Assembly: GCA_039592335.1 (NCBI GenBank)
Contig: JBDHBX010000002.1
Location: forward strand, 6,901-70,900
Direction: 5' to 3'
Source: Gemmatimonadota bacterium
GTDB taxonomy: Bacteria > Gemmatimonadota > Gemmatimonadetes > Gemmatimonadales > GWC2-71-9
DNA length: 64,000 nt
Under the pieces are notes generated by a model. It saw only the letters and a program-made list of their open reading frames with translations, searched no databases and was not told the DNA's origin. Positions 25,925 through 36,685 of the stretch are shown here, piece by piece. Position numbers and translations under genes: made by a program. The first letter of the stretch is position 1, and every line of letters begins with the position of its first letter.

Positions 25925-27933
25925 ACCGCACCCAGGCCGAGAAGCGCGTTCGCGAGCTTCACACCCAGATCCGGCACCACGACTACCTGTACTACGTCCA
26001 GGACGCGCCGGAGATCTCGGACGAGGCGTTCGACGCACTCTTCCGCGAGCTCAAGGAGCTGGAGGGGCGGTTCCCCGAACTCCTGACGCCCGATTCGCCC
26101 ACTCAGCGCGTGGCCGGTGCCGCGCTCGACAAGTTCCCCACGGTCGAACACACCGCTCCGATGTTGAGCCTGGACTCCAGCCAGGAGAGAGCGCAGCTCC
26201 AGCGCTTCGACGAGCGGTTGCGCAAGGCGGTTGGCGGGGACGTCGCCTACGTGGTCGATCCCAAGCTCGACGGCGCATCGGTGGAGCTGGTGTACGAGCA
26301 GGGTGCGCTGGTGCGCGCCTCGACGCGCGGCGACGGACAGCGCGGCGAGGGAATCACCGAGAACGTCCGCACCATTCGGACCGCCCCATTGCGGCTGCGG
26401 GACAAGAACCGGACTGCGCCCGCGCTGCTGGCCGTGCGGGGCGAGGTGATCATGCGGGTGGAGGCATTCGAAAGACTGAACGAGCGGCTGCTGGCGGAGG
26501 GTAGGGAGCCGTTCGCCAACCCACGCAATGCCGCGGCGGGCTCCCTGCGGCAGCTCGATCCCCAGATCACCGCGCAGCGGCCGCTCGATCTGTACGTGTA
26601 CGACATTTTGGCCGTGGAAGGCGTGGACGTGGCGACGCAGTGGAAGGCGTTGGCGGCGCTGCGGGAGTGGGGCTTCCCCGTGAACGAGTTGGCGCGGCGG
26701 GTCGACTCGGTCGAGGAGATCGCGGCCTACCACGAGGGGCTGCACGAGCAGCGCGACGACCTGGCGTACGAGATCGACGGCGTCGTGATCAAGCTCGACG
26801 ACCTCGCGGTGCGCGACGAGCTCGGGGCCACGTCGCACCACCCGCGTTGGGCGTATGCGTTCAAGTTCCCGCCGCGCAAGGAAGTGACCCGGGTGCTCGC
26901 GATCGTGTCCAGCGTGGGGCGTACCGGTGCGGTCACGCCGATCGCGATGCTCCGTCCAGTGGAGCTGGGCGGCGTGACGGTGAGCCGCGCCAGCCTGCAC
27001 AACCGGGACGAGGTGGTGCGCAAGGACATCCGCGAGGGCGACCGCGTGCGGGTGCAGCGTGCCGGCGATGTGATCCCGCAAGTGCTCGAGCGCGTGGCCG
27101 AGCCGGGGCGCAAGCGCGCGGCCAAGTACCGCATGCCCGGCAAGTGCCCGTCGTGCGGAACGCGACTACTCGAGCGGGGGCCGTTCACGATCTGCCCCAA
27201 TAGCTTCGAGTGTCCCGCGCAGCTGGCCGGGAGAATCCAGCACTTCGCGTCGCGCGACGCCCTGGACATCGAGGGATTGGGCGAGGAAACGGCCAAGCTG
27301 CTCGTGACCGAAGGTCTCGTGCGGCAACTGCCCGATCTGTTCGATCTCACACCTCAACAGCTCGTGACCCTCGAGGGGTTCGCGGAGAAGTCGGCGGAGA
27401 ATCTGGTGGACGGGCTCGCCAGGGCATCGCATGCAGAGCTACACCGGTTCCTGATCGGTCTGGGGATTCCGGAGGTAGGCGTCGCGGTCGCGAAGGACCT
27501 GGCGCGGCACTTCCGTTCGCTCGCCGCGCTGCGCCGCGCTTCCGGCGAAGACCTGGAGGCGGTCCCGGGCGTGGGGCCGAAGATGGCGGAGCAGATCGGG
27601 GCGTTCTTCGGCGACGAGCGTAACCGACAGATCCTGGAGACGCTCCTCGCGAAGGTGGCGTTGGTGGAGCCGACCGGCGAGGCCGACGCGCAGCTCGCGG
27701 GGCTCAAGGTGGTATTCACCGGCGGGTTGACGCGCCTGTCCCGGCGTGACGCCAAGCAGCTGGTCGAGTCACTCGGCGGGCGGGTGACCTCATCGGTGAG
27801 CAAGGAGACCACCTTCGTCGTCGTGGGCGACAACCCAGGCTCCAAGTTCGGCGACGCGCAGCGCCTCGGGGTGCAGACGCTCACCGAAGAGGAGTTCGTG
27901 GGATTCGTGCGCTCCAGGGGGGGCGACGTCTAG
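25921..27933 (+). CDS. ligA: NAD-dependent DNA ligase
   Basis: MNRTQAEKRVRELHTQIRHHDYLYYV, the KLDG adenylation motif (VDPKLDGASVELVY), a zinc finger CPSCG..C..C, HhH repeats and a C-terminal BRCT. ATGA overlap with the MFS stop. Confidence 0.95.
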   Translation: MNRTQAEKRVRELHTQIRHHDYLYYVQDAPEISDEAFDALFRELKELEGRFPELLTPDSPTQRVAGAALDKFPTVEHTAPMLSLDSSQERAQLQRFDERLRKAVGGDVAYVVDPKLDGASVELVYEQGALVRASTRGDGQRGEGITENVRTIRTAPLRLRDKNRTAPALLAVRGEVIMRVEAFERLNERLLAEGREPFANPRNAAAGSLRQLDPQITAQRPLDLYVYDILAVEGVDVATQWKALAALREWGFPVNELARRVDSVEEIAAYHEGLHEQRDDLAYEIDGVVIKLDDLAVRDELGATSHHPRWAYAFKFPPRKEVTRVLAIVSSVGRTGAVTPIAMLRPVELGGVTVSRASLHNRDEVVRKDIREGDRVRVQRAGDVIPQVLERVAEPGRKRAAKYRMPGKCPSCGTRLLERGPFTICPNSFECPAQLAGRIQHFASRDALDIEGLGEETAKLLVTEGLVRQLPDLFDLTPQQLVTLEGFAEKSAENLVDGLARASHAELHRFLIGLGIPEVGVAVAKDLARHFRSLAALRRASGEDLEAVPGVGPKMAEQIGAFFGDERNRQILETLLAKVALVEPTGEADAQLAGLKVVFTGGLTRLSRRDAKQLVESLGGRVTSSVSKETTFVVVGDNPGSKFGDAQRLGVQTLTEEEFVGFVRSRGGDV

Positions 27934-29682
27934 GTGGAGAACATCGAGATCGCGCGCGTCCTGGACGACGTCGCCGTACTGCTGGAGATCAAAGGCGCCA
28001 ATCCCTTCCGCATCCGCGCCTATCAGAACGCAGCCCGCACCATCGAATCGCACACCACGCCGCTCCGTAAGATGGTGGACGATGAAGCCGACCTCACCGA
28101 GCTCCCCGCGGTCGGCAAGGACATGTCGAGTCACATCACCGAGCTGGTCACCGCCGGCAGGTTGTCGCTGCTCGACGAGCTGGCCGAGGAGATCCCCCTC
28201 ACGCTCATCGAGCTGACCCGCCTGCCCGGCGTGGGCGCCAAGAAGGCGAAGAAGCTGTGGGACGAGCTCGGCGTGGAGACGATCGACGACCTGGAGCGCG
28301 TGGCGCAGCAGGGTGACATCGCGCGGCTCGCGGGATTCGGGGAGAAGAGCCAGCAGAAGATCCTCTCGGCCATCGCCGCCTACCGCAAGCGCACCGGTCG
28401 CATCCGGCTCGCCGATGCCGAGCAGTTCGTAGAGCCCCTGCTCGAGCACCTGCGGGGGCTCGCCACGGTGGAGCGGATCGAGGTTGCCGGTAGCTACCGC
28501 CGCCGCCGGGAGACGGTCGGCGACATCGACATTTTGGTGATCGCGCGCGCGACGGCGGATGTGATGGAGTGTTTCACCTCCTATCGGGACGTGCGCAAGG
28601 TGGAGCTGGCAGGAGAGACCAAGGCCACCGTCATCCTCAAGTCGGGTCTCCAGGTCGACCTGCGTCTGCTCCCTCCCGATAGCTACGGTGCCGCGCTGCA
28701 GTATTTCACAGGTTCCAAGGAGCACAACGTCAAGCTGCGCAAGCGCGCGGCGGCGCGGGGGCTGAGCATCTCAGAGTACGGTGTCGTGCAGGTGTCGGAG
28801 GGGAGTGAGGCTACCGAGCCCGGATCGGGCGAGCCTGTGGCGGGGCAGGACGAGGCGGATGTCTACGCCGCCGTAGGACTCCCGTGGATCGCACCGGAGC
28901 TCCGGGAGGATCGGGGGGAGATCGAGGCGGCCGACGCAGGGAATCTCCCCGAGTTGATCGCGCTCGACGACGTGCGGGGCGACCTCCAGATGCACTCCAC
29001 CTGGTCCGACGGCAAGAGCTCAATCGAGGAGATGCTCGACGGCTGTCTGGCGCGGGGCTACGAGTACTTCGCCATCACCGACCACAGCAAGGCCCTGGCC
29101 ATGACCGGCGGGCTCGACGCGGCCAGGCTGCGGGAGCAGTGGGAGGAGATCGAGGAGATCGCCGGCCGGCGGAAGGAGATCCGGATTCTTCGTGGGATGG
29201 AGGTGGACATCCTGGCCGACGGGAGTCTCGATCTCGAGGACGAGATGCTGGAGCAGCTGGACGTCGTGCTCGTGTCGGTCCACTCCCGGTTGGACCTGCC
29301 CGCCGCCGAGCAGACCGAGCGCATCCTGCGTGCGGTGGCGCATCCGGCGGTGCACATTCTGGCGCACCCGACGGCCCGCCTGATCAACCGCCGCGACCCG
29401 ATGGAGTTCGACGTGGACGAGGTGCTGGCCTGCTGCGCCGAGCACGACGTCATCGTGGAACTCAACACCCACCCCGAGCGGTTGGACCTGAAGGACACCC
29501 ACCTGATACGCGCGCGGGAGCTGGGACTCAAAGTCTCCCTCGGGACGGACGCACACCGGGTGCGCGACCTCGACCTGATGAAGTATGGCATCGATCAGGC
29601 GCGCCGGGCATGGCTCGGCAGGAAGGACGTGATCAACACCTACCCGCTGCGGCGGTTGCTGAACCTGTTCCGAGGGAACTAA
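27934..29682 (+). CDS. polX: Family X DNA polymerase with C-terminal PHP domain
   Basis: 582 aa. N-terminal HhH/8-kDa-like region. GSYRRRRETVGDIDILV is the nucleotidyltransferase motif. PHP domain motifs MHSTWSDG and ITDHS. The GTG directly follows the ligA TAG. Confidence 0.9.
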   Translation: MENIEIARVLDDVAVLLEIKGANPFRIRAYQNAARTIESHTTPLRKMVDDEADLTELPAVGKDMSSHITELVTAGRLSLLDELAEEIPLTLIELTRLPGVGAKKAKKLWDELGVETIDDLERVAQQGDIARLAGFGEKSQQKILSAIAAYRKRTGRIRLADAEQFVEPLLEHLRGLATVERIEVAGSYRRRRETVGDIDILVIARATADVMECFTSYRDVRKVELAGETKATVILKSGLQVDLRLLPPDSYGAALQYFTGSKEHNVKLRKRAAARGLSISEYGVVQVSEGSEATEPGSGEPVAGQDEADVYAAVGLPWIAPELREDRGEIEAADAGNLPELIALDDVRGDLQMHSTWSDGKSSIEEMLDGCLARGYEYFAITDHSKALAMTGGLDAARLREQWEEIEEIAGRRKEIRILRGMEVDILADGSLDLEDEMLEQLDVVLVSVHSRLDLPAAEQTERILRAVAHPAVHILAHPTARLINRRDPMEFDVDEVLACCAEHDVIVELNTHPERLDLKDTHLIRARELGLKVSLGTDAHRVRDLDLMKYGIDQARRAWLGRKDVINTYPLRRLLNLFRGN

Positions 29683-29711
29683 CTGGACGCACATCCACAA
29701 GGAGCTGCACG

Positions 29712-29903
29712 ATGGCGACCATCAAGGTGCGCAAGAACGGCCCCTACCTGGTGACCGGCGGCAGCGAGCTCACCGACCACGAGGGCAACCCCATCGAGCC
29801 CAAGAATGCGGAGAACTTCGCGCTCTGTCGCTGCGGCAACTCACGCAACAAACCGTTCTGCGACGGCGCGCACTCGGTCTCCGGCTTCAGCGATTCCGAG
29901 TGA
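29712..29903 (+). CDS. CDGSH iron-sulfur domain protein
   Basis: 63 aa. CRCGNSRNKPFCDGAH matches CxC..S...PxCDG(S/A)H. AAGGAG lies upstream of the ATG. It sits inside the spurious long track ORF 28884..29903. Confidence 0.85.
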   Translation: MATIKVRKNGPYLVTGGSELTDHEGNPIEPKNAENFALCRCGNSRNKPFCDGAHSVSGFSDSE

Positions 29904-29941
29904 TCGCGCCGCAGCGGCAGTACTAGACTGGAGGGAAAGCG

Positions 29942-31015
29942 ATGCGGAAGCTGTTTCAGAGGGAGTCCGAGAAAGCCGGCCTGGTCCCGGGCGCGCTGGT
30001 GCATGTCGGGGAGGCATCCACGGCCCCCGTGCGAATCACCGTGATGGACTACGGCGCGGAGCGGGTCGAGGAGCGGGAACTGACGAGCGTCGAGGAGTGC
30101 CTGCCGTACCGTTCGTCGTCGACCGTGACCTGGATCAACGTGGACGGGGTACACCGACCCGAGATTGTCGAGGCGTTCGGCCGGCACTTCGGTCTCCACG
30201 CGCTGCTCCTCGAAGACATCATGCATACGGGACAGCGTCCCAAGGTGGAGGATTTCGGTGACCACATGTTCCTGGTCTTGCGTATGTTGTACGACCCCGA
30301 CGAGACGGACGCCGTCTTCGAGGTGGAGAGCGAACAGGTAAGCATTGTGCTGGGTCCCTCCTGGGTGTTGACCTTCCAGGAGAGTGAGGGCGACATCTTC
30401 GATCCGGTGCGCGCGCGCATCCGGCAGGCTCGTGGGCGAATCCGCAAGATGGGCGCCGATTATCTTGCGTACGCGATCATGGACATGGTCGTAGACAAGT
30501 ATTTCTCCCTGCTGGAGGGGTTCGGCGATTACTTGGAGATCCTGGAAGAGACGCTGCTCGAGAATCCCACCCAGGCCACGTTGGCGGAGATCCGTGACAC
30601 CAAGCGCGCCTTAATCCATGTGCGCCGTGCCGTGTGGCCGCTGCGAGACGTCCTCAGCATGCTGCTGCGCGGCGAAGCGAAGCTCTTCAAGAAACCGACG
30701 CTGGTGTTCCTCCGGGACCTCTACGACCACATGATTCGCGTGGTCGACGTGGTCGAAACCCTGCGCGAGCTCACGGGCGGCATGCTCGACATCTACATGT
30801 CCAGCGTGAGCAATCGGATGAACGAGGTCATGAAGGTGTTGACCATCGTGGCGACGGTGTTTATTCCGCTCACCTTCATCGCCGGGATCTACGGCATGAA
30901 CTTCGATACCATGCCGGAGCTGCATTGGTCGCACGGCTATTGGTACGTGTGGGCGCTTATGCTCGCGGTGGGGCTCGTCATGCTCGTGTACTTCCGGGTC
31001 AAAAAGTGGCTGTGA
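29942..31015 (+). CDS. corA: Magnesium/cobalt transporter CorA
   Basis: 357 aa. YGMNF motif before two C-terminal TM helices. GGAGGG RBS. Confidence 0.9.
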   Translation: MRKLFQRESEKAGLVPGALVHVGEASTAPVRITVMDYGAERVEERELTSVEECLPYRSSSTVTWINVDGVHRPEIVEAFGRHFGLHALLLEDIMHTGQRPKVEDFGDHMFLVLRMLYDPDETDAVFEVESEQVSIVLGPSWVLTFQESEGDIFDPVRARIRQARGRIRKMGADYLAYAIMDMVVDKYFSLLEGFGDYLEILEETLLENPTQATLAEIRDTKRALIHVRRAVWPLRDVLSMLLRGEAKLFKKPTLVFLRDLYDHMIRVVDVVETLRELTGGMLDIYMSSVSNRMNEVMKVLTIVATVFIPLTFIAGIYGMNFDTMPELHWSHGYWYVWALMLAVGLVMLVYFRVKKWL

Positions 31016-31086
31016 ACGTTGCGACGCCGTCGCTGCCGGAGTAGTTTGACGGCGCTGTCCAACCTGAAGAGATCAACGAGGCTCAC

Positions 31087-31839
31087 GTGAAGATCGCCGT
31101 GTGTATCAAACGGGTTCCCGACTCGGAGGCCCGCATCAAGGTCGGCGCCGACGGCAAGTCCATCGACGAGAGCGGCGTCAAGTTCGTGCTCAATCCCTAC
31201 GATGAATACGCCGTCGAGGAAGCGCTCAGGCTGAAGGAGGCGGCCGGCGCTGGCGACGTCGTGGTCGTTTGCGTCGGGCCGGAGGCCGCGCAGGAGACCA
31301 TTCGTACCGCGCTGGCCATGGGGGCCGATACGGGAGTGCTGCTCAGGGCCAATGCCGTGGGACTCGACCCGCTGCCGGTTGCCCAGGCATTGGCGGCCGA
31401 GCTCAAGGACGGCGGCTACGATCTGGTCCTGTGCGGCAAGATGGCGATCGACGACTCCAGCCACAGTGTAGGGCCGATGGTGGCGGAACTGCTCGGGCTT
31501 CCGTGCGTGTCCGCGGCGACGCACCTGGAGATCGCCGACGGCGCGGGCAAGGCCGAGCGCGAGGTCGAGGGCGGCGTCGAGGTCGTGGAGTTCGCCCTCC
31601 CGGCGGTGATCACAGCCGACAAGGGGCTCAACGAGCCGCGCTACCCCGCGCTGCGGGGCATCATGATGGCGAAGAAGAAGCCGCTGGAGACGAAGGATGC
31701 GGCGCTCGAGGCCGGGGATATCGAGGTGGTGAACCTCACTCCTCCCGCGGAGCGGAAGGCGGGACGGATCGTGGGAGAGGGGCCGGACGCGGTACCCGCG
31801 TTGGTCGAGGCGCTCCGCAACGAAGCGAAGGTGCTCTGA
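31087..31839 (+). CDS. etfB: Electron transfer flavoprotein beta subunit
   Basis: 250 aa. MKIAVCIKRVPD...NPYDEYAVEEALRLKE is a typical EtfB N-terminus. Confidence 0.9.
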   Translation: MKIAVCIKRVPDSEARIKVGADGKSIDESGVKFVLNPYDEYAVEEALRLKEAAGAGDVVVVCVGPEAAQETIRTALAMGADTGVLLRANAVGLDPLPVAQALAAELKDGGYDLVLCGKMAIDDSSHSVGPMVAELLGLPCVSAATHLEIADGAGKAEREVEGGVEVVEFALPAVITADKGLNEPRYPALRGIMMAKKKPLETKDAALEAGDIEVVNLTPPAERKAGRIVGEGPDAVPALVEALRNEAKVL

Positions 31840-32810
31840 TGGCCGGCGTGATCGCAGTACTCGAGCAGCGTGACGGCGTGCTGAAGCGCGTCTCACATGA
31901 GGCGCTCACGGCAGCCAGGTCGTTGGCCGATGCGCTGGGCGGTGAGGCGCACGCGTTGATCATGGGACCCGCTGGCATGGACGCCGGCGAGGTGGGGACG
32001 TACGGCGCGGAGAAGGCCTTCGTCACCGCCGACGACGCCCTGACCCTGTACCAGGCTGACCACTACGCGCACATCGCGGCCGGACGGGTGCAGGCCGGCG
32101 ACTACGCTGCGGTGATTGTGCCGGCGACGGCGCTCGGCAAGGACCTAGCGCCGCGCATTGCCGCGAAGCTGGCATGCCCGCTCGCCTCCGACGTGACGAG
32201 CGTGACGCACGACGGCGCCATCGTGGTGACGCGACCGGTGTATGCGGGGAAGGCCAACTACACGCTCAAGATCACCGCCCAACCCTGCGTGATATCGCTC
32301 AGGCCCAATGCGGTCATGCCGGCCGAGGCCAAGCGCGACGCGGCGCTGGAGCAGGTGCCCGCGGCGGGCGGCGACAAGGCCGCGACCGCCAGGACGCTGG
32401 CGGTCAAGCAGCCCGAGCGCGCGGCACAGGACGTGGCCGAGGCGTCGGTCGTGGTGGCCGGCGGCCGCGGGCTCAAGGATGCGGAGAGCTTCAAACTCAT
32501 AGAGGATCTTGCCGAGGCCGTGGGTGGCGCGGTGGGCGCGTCCCGAGCGGTGGTGGACGCGGGTTGGCGGTCGCATGCGGAGCAGGTTGGGCAGACCGGC
32601 AAGGTGGTGAGCCCCAACCTCTACTTCGCCATCGGGATCTCCGGGGCCATCCAGCACCTGGCGGGCATCCGCACCGCGAAGACCATCGTGGCGATCAACA
32701 AGGACCCCGACGCGCCGATTTTCAAGGTGGCCGACTATGGGATCGTGGGAGACCTCTTCGCGATCGTCCCGCGGCTCACTGAGGAAATCAACCGGGCCAA
32801 GGAGGGCTGA
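31839..32810 (+). CDS. etfA: Electron transfer flavoprotein alpha subunit
   Basis: [13 protein letters not shown]..., with the C-terminal FAD motif [28 protein letters not shown]. The ATG overlaps the etfB stop. Confidence 0.9.
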   Translation: MAGVIAVLEQRDGVLKRVSHEALTAARSLADALGGEAHALIMGPAGMDAGEVGTYGAEKAFVTADDALTLYQADHYAHIAAGRVQAGDYAAVIVPATALGKDLAPRIAAKLACPLASDVTSVTHDGAIVVTRPVYAGKANYTLKITAQPCVISLRPNAVMPAEAKRDAALEQVPAAGGDKAATARTLAVKQPERAAQDVAEASVVVAGGRGLKDAESFKLIEDLAEAVGGAVGASRAVVDAGWRSHAEQVGQTGKVVSPNLYFAIGISGAIQHLAGIRTAKTIVAINKDPDAPIFKVADYGIVGDLFAIVPRLTEEINRAKEG

Positions 32811-32814
32811 GCCC

Positions 32815-34473
32815 ATGGCGGGACCGCTCGTTCCCGCGGATCACCAGCCCGACCTCCCCCGCGAACAGCTCGTTCTCACCGAGTCCCCCGGCGAGGACCG
32901 CATCGACATGGATGTGGTCTTCGTCGGTGCGGGTCCCGCCGGTCTCGCGGGCGCGATCCGCCTCGCTCAGCTGGTCCGGCAGGACAACGAAGCGGGCGAC
33001 GGGATCGGCGAGGTCAACATCGGTGTGCTGGAGAAGGCCGCATCGCTGGGGGAGCACTCCCTTTCGGGAGCCGTCGTCAATCCGCGCGCCTTCCGCACGC
33101 TCTTCCCGGAGCTGGGCGACGCCGACTTCCCCTTCGGGGTGCCGGTGGAGAAGGAATCGATTTACTGGCTCTCGAAGAAGTCTGCGAAGCGGCTACCTGC
33201 GCCTCCGACCATGCGCAATCACGGCAACTACGTGGCCTCCATCTGCGAAATCGTGCGGTGGCTCGGGGAGAAGGCGCAGGAGGCGGGAGTGGACGTGCTC
33301 CCCGGGTTCCCGGCGGGCGCGCTGCTGACCGAGGGAAGCCGCGTCACCGGCGTGCGCACCGTCGCGACCGGGCTCGATCGTGATGGCAATGAGATGTCCA
33401 GTTACATGCCCCCGGCCGACATCGTGGCCAGGGTGACGGCGCTGGCCGAGGGCACGCGCGGCATGCTGTCGCAGGCGTACCAGGAGTGGCAGCGAATCGG
33501 CTCCGAGAACCCCCAGATCTTCGCGCTCGGCGTGAAGGAGCTGTGGGAGCTCAAGCAACCGCTCGACCGGGTGATCCACACCATGGGGTGGCCGCTGCCG
33601 AACGACACATTCGGTGGCAGCTTCATGTATCCGCTGGAGCCCATGGTGGCCGCGCTCGGGCTGGTCGTGGGGCTGGATTACCCCTATGTCGAGCTGGACG
33701 TGCACGACCTGCTGCAGCGGCTGAAGCTGCACCCGCTCTTCCGGCCCTACCTGGAGGGCGGCGAGATGGTGGAGTGGGGTGCCAAGACCATTCCCGAGGG
33801 CGGGTACCACGCGCTGCCCGAGCGGTTGTCCGGGGACGGTGTGGTGATCCTCGGCGACTCGGCGGGCCTGGTGGACGTTCCCTCGCTCAAGGGGATCCAC
33901 TACGCGATGCAGTCGGGGATCTATGCCGCAGAGGCGATCTTCGCGGCGCTCAAGGCCGACGACACGTCGGGTGGTGCGCTGGGCGCGTACGATCGGGCGC
34001 TGCACGCCTCCTATGTGCGCGACGACCTGTTCCGCACCCGTAACATGCGTCTCGCCTTCAAGGACGGTTTCTACAGGGGTGCAGCTAAAGCGGCGCTCAT
34101 GTCCGTCACCGGTGGGAGGCTGTTGGGCAGGCGGATCGCCATGGAACGGGATGCTGCGGCGCCACGGGGCCCGGGAGCCGATGAGCCGATCGTGCCCGAC
34201 AACACGCTCACCTTTAGCAAGGTGGACGCCGTGTTCAAGTCGGGCAACGCGACGCGCGATACGATCCCCACGCACCTCGTCATCGGCGAGAATGTCTCGC
34301 CGGAGCTGACGACGTTCTATGCCAGGATGTGCCCGGCCGGCGTGTACGAGGCGGCGGACGGCACGCTGGTGGTGAACGCGCCCAACTGCGTGGACTGCAA
34401 GGCGACCGACGTCGTGGGACCGCGGTGGACGCCGCGCGAAGGAGGAGCGGGGCCGCAATACAAGCGGATGTAG
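32815..34473 (+). CDS. Electron transfer flavoprotein-ubiquinone oxidoreductase
   Basis: VVFVGAGPAGLAGAI is the FAD fold motif. The C-terminal 4Fe-4S ferredoxin-like region reads CPAGVYE...NCVDCKATD. ATG at 32815. Confidence 0.9.
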   Translation: MAGPLVPADHQPDLPREQLVLTESPGEDRIDMDVVFVGAGPAGLAGAIRLAQLVRQDNEAGDGIGEVNIGVLEKAASLGEHSLSGAVVNPRAFRTLFPELGDADFPFGVPVEKESIYWLSKKSAKRLPAPPTMRNHGNYVASICEIVRWLGEKAQEAGVDVLPGFPAGALLTEGSRVTGVRTVATGLDRDGNEMSSYMPPADIVARVTALAEGTRGMLSQAYQEWQRIGSENPQIFALGVKELWELKQPLDRVIHTMGWPLPNDTFGGSFMYPLEPMVAALGLVVGLDYPYVELDVHDLLQRLKLHPLFRPYLEGGEMVEWGAKTIPEGGYHALPERLSGDGVVILGDSAGLVDVPSLKGIHYAMQSGIYAAEAIFAALKADDTSGGALGAYDRALHASYVRDDLFRTRNMRLAFKDGFYRGAAKAALMSVTGGRLLGRRIAMERDAAAPRGPGADEPIVPDNTLTFSKVDAVFKSGNATRDTIPTHLVIGENVSPELTTFYARMCPAGVYEAADGTLVVNAPNCVDCKATDVVGPRWTPREGGAGPQYKRM

Positions 34474-34493
34474 TCGGGGTCAGCCCGACGCGT

Positions 34494-35303
34494 TCAGCTC
34501 ACACCCAGGAACCAGTCCAGCGCCGACTCGGAGATGGCCGCGGGCACCTCGTGGCCGCCGTCGAATTCCACGTAGGTCACGTCGTAGCCCACGCCGCGCA
34601 TGCTCGGCACGATCCTGTCGCGGCTCAGCGTGACGGGGAGACTCAGGTCCCCGGTGCCGTGCGAGATGAAGACCGGCGGCCGCCCCACCTGCTCGGTGGT
34701 TGCCCAGAAGCCCGGGGAGTAGGCGATCAGGTGGGTGAACAGATCACCGTTCGCGACCCCGAGGGAGAGTGCGTACGACGCCCCGTCCGAGAATCCCCCG
34801 AGCGCGATCCGCGCCGGGTCGATGCGGCAGCGCGTGAACGTGTGCTGCAGCGCCCGATCGATGAACTCGACATCCGGTCCGAAGTCGCCCCGCACGGTGT
34901 CCCAGGTGAAGTCGCGCGAGTCAGGGGCCAGGAACACCATGCCGCGGGCTTCGGCGCGCGCGGGATAGCTAGCCCAGTTGGCGGCCTCTCCGCCTGCGCC
35001 GTGGAGGCCGATGAACAGCGGCGCCGGAGTATCTTGAGAATAAGACTCCGGCACGTACAGGAGTCCGTCCCGATCGGTGCCCAACCCCAGTGCGCTCAAC
35101 CCCGTCGAAGGGGTGACGGTCGGGGACCCGGGCCGGGCTGTCAGCCGCGGGCTGCCCGGGGGGCCGCTCGGCGGCGGCTCGGAGGGGATGTCCCAGCAGC
35201 CCCAGAGGATCGGTGTCGCCAGGGCCGCCATGCCACTTCGCACGAAGTCGCGCCGGGACATGCCCGGCCGTGCGCTCACCAACGGATGCTCCCGATCGAC
35301 CAT
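34494..35303 (-). CDS. Secreted esterase (phospholipase/carboxylesterase or PHB-depolymerase-type alpha/beta hydrolase) with Tat-like signal
   Basis: SRRDFVRSGMAALA is a twin-arginine motif. LHGAGG and the nucleophile elbow GFSDGA are present. I chose ATG 35303, which is preceded by GGGAGGTGG. Confidence 0.7.
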   Translation of the reverse strand: MVDREHPLVSARPGMSRRDFVRSGMAALATPILWGCWDIPSEPPPSGPPGSPRLTARPGSPTVTPSTGLSALGLGTDRDGLLYVPESYSQDTPAPLFIGLHGAGGEAANWASYPARAEARGMVFLAPDSRDFTWDTVRGDFGPDVEFIDRALQHTFTRCRIDPARIALGGFSDGASYALSLGVANGDLFTHLIAYSPGFWATTEQVGRPPVFISHGTGDLSLPVTLSRDRIVPSMRGVGYDVTYVEFDGGHEVPAAISESALDWFLGVS

Positions 35304-35413
35304 GCGCCACCTCCCAATGGGTATACGGAGATGAGGGGGTGGTGGTTCCGGTTGGGCGGATTGCCTCGGGCGTTCCGGCACTCGCCGCGCCTCAGCGAAC
35401 CCGGGGTCGCTCT

Positions 35414-36685
35414 CTAGAACGGCGCCTCTTCCACGTGCACCGTCTCGTGGAGCAGCATCGCCCGCAGCGTCTCACCCGCTTGGGCCCCGTTGGCCTCCTC
35501 CGGCACGATCAGCAACGCGTCGGCCTTCGCCACCGATGACAGGATCCCGGAGCCCTGGGGGCCGGTGAGCCATGCGACGAGCGTGTCACCCTCCTGTTTC
35601 AGACCGACCCGCAGGAAATGGGTGAGCCGCGCGGGGGTCTCGATGGACTCGCCGAGCTCGACGGGGACGGTGCGCCGAAACGGCTTGCGATGCCCCATGA
35701 GCTTGCGGATCGCCGGCCGCCCGAAGAGCTCGAACGTGACCATGGTGCTCACGGGGTTGCCGGGGAGCCCGAGCCAGGGGAGACCGTCCAGCACGCCGAA
35801 GCCCAGCGGCGCCCCCGGTCTCGAGCGCAGCCGCCAGAAACGCATCGCGTCCCCCGTCTCCTGCAGGATCGCGCGGAGATAGTCGTGCTCGCCCACGCTC
35901 ATGCCGCCCGACGTGACGAGCATGTCGGCCACCGCCGCTGCCTCCAGCCGGCCGCGAATCTCGTCGGGATCGTCCCGTGCGATGCCGAGGTCGAGCGCGT
36001 CGGCCCCCGCCGCGATGGCGGCGGCCGCCATGCCGTAGGTATTGGACGAGGCGATCTTGCGGCCGCTCAAGATGGCATCGCGCTCCGTTACGTCGGCGAT
36101 CTCATCTCCCGTCGAAAGGATCGCCACCGTGGGGCGCTGGTGCACTTCGACCTCGCCCATCGCGATCGACGCGAGCATCGCGATCTGCGCTGGGCCGAGC
36201 TCGGTTCCCGCCGTGAGCGTCACGCTGCCACTCACGATGTCTTCGCCCCGCGGCCGGATGTTGCGGCCGGCGTCGTGCGGGTCGTCGATGCGCACGCGGT
36301 GCTCATCGAGCGGAGTGGCGTGCTCCTGGCGGATGACGGAGTCCGCGCCCGGGGGCACCGGCGCGCCGGTGAAGATGCGGGCGCACTCCACGGGGCCCAG
36401 CGTCCGTGTCGGGGAGTCGCCGGCAGCAATCGTCTCCACGATCGTGAGCTCGGCACCCTCTCGCACGTCGGCGGCGCGCGCCGCGTAGCCATCCATCGCG
36501 GAGTTGTCCCACGGCGGGATATCGATGGGGCTCGTGACGTCCGCGGCCAGCACCAGCCCGAGCGCGTCGGCCAGCGGCACGTGCACGGGGGCCGTTGCTG
36601 CGATCTCGGACAGCATCGCGCGTGACGCTTCCGCCGGCGTCAGGCGGGTTCGAGCGGAGGCAATCACGCTTGCTGGTTGCGCCAC
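35414..36685 (-). CDS. moeA: Molybdopterin molybdotransferase
   Basis: 423 aa. The SGGMSVGEHDY and LPGNPVS motifs are typical of MoeA. Confidence 0.9.
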   Translation of the reverse strand: MAQPASVIASARTRLTPAEASRAMLSEIAATAPVHVPLADALGLVLAADVTSPIDIPPWDNSAMDGYAARAADVREGAELTIVETIAAGDSPTRTLGPVECARIFTGAPVPPGADSVIRQEHATPLDEHRVRIDDPHDAGRNIRPRGEDIVSGSVTLTAGTELGPAQIAMLASIAMGEVEVHQRPTVAILSTGDEIADVTERDAILSGRKIASSNTYGMAAAAIAAGADALDLGIARDDPDEIRGRLEAAAVADMLVTSGGMSVGEHDYLRAILQETGDAMRFWRLRSRPGAPLGFGVLDGLPWLGLPGNPVSTMVTFELFGRPAIRKLMGHRKPFRRTVPVELGESIETPARLTHFLRVGLKQEGDTLVAWLTGPQGSGILSSVAKADALLIVPEEANGAQAGETLRAMLLHETVHVEEAPF

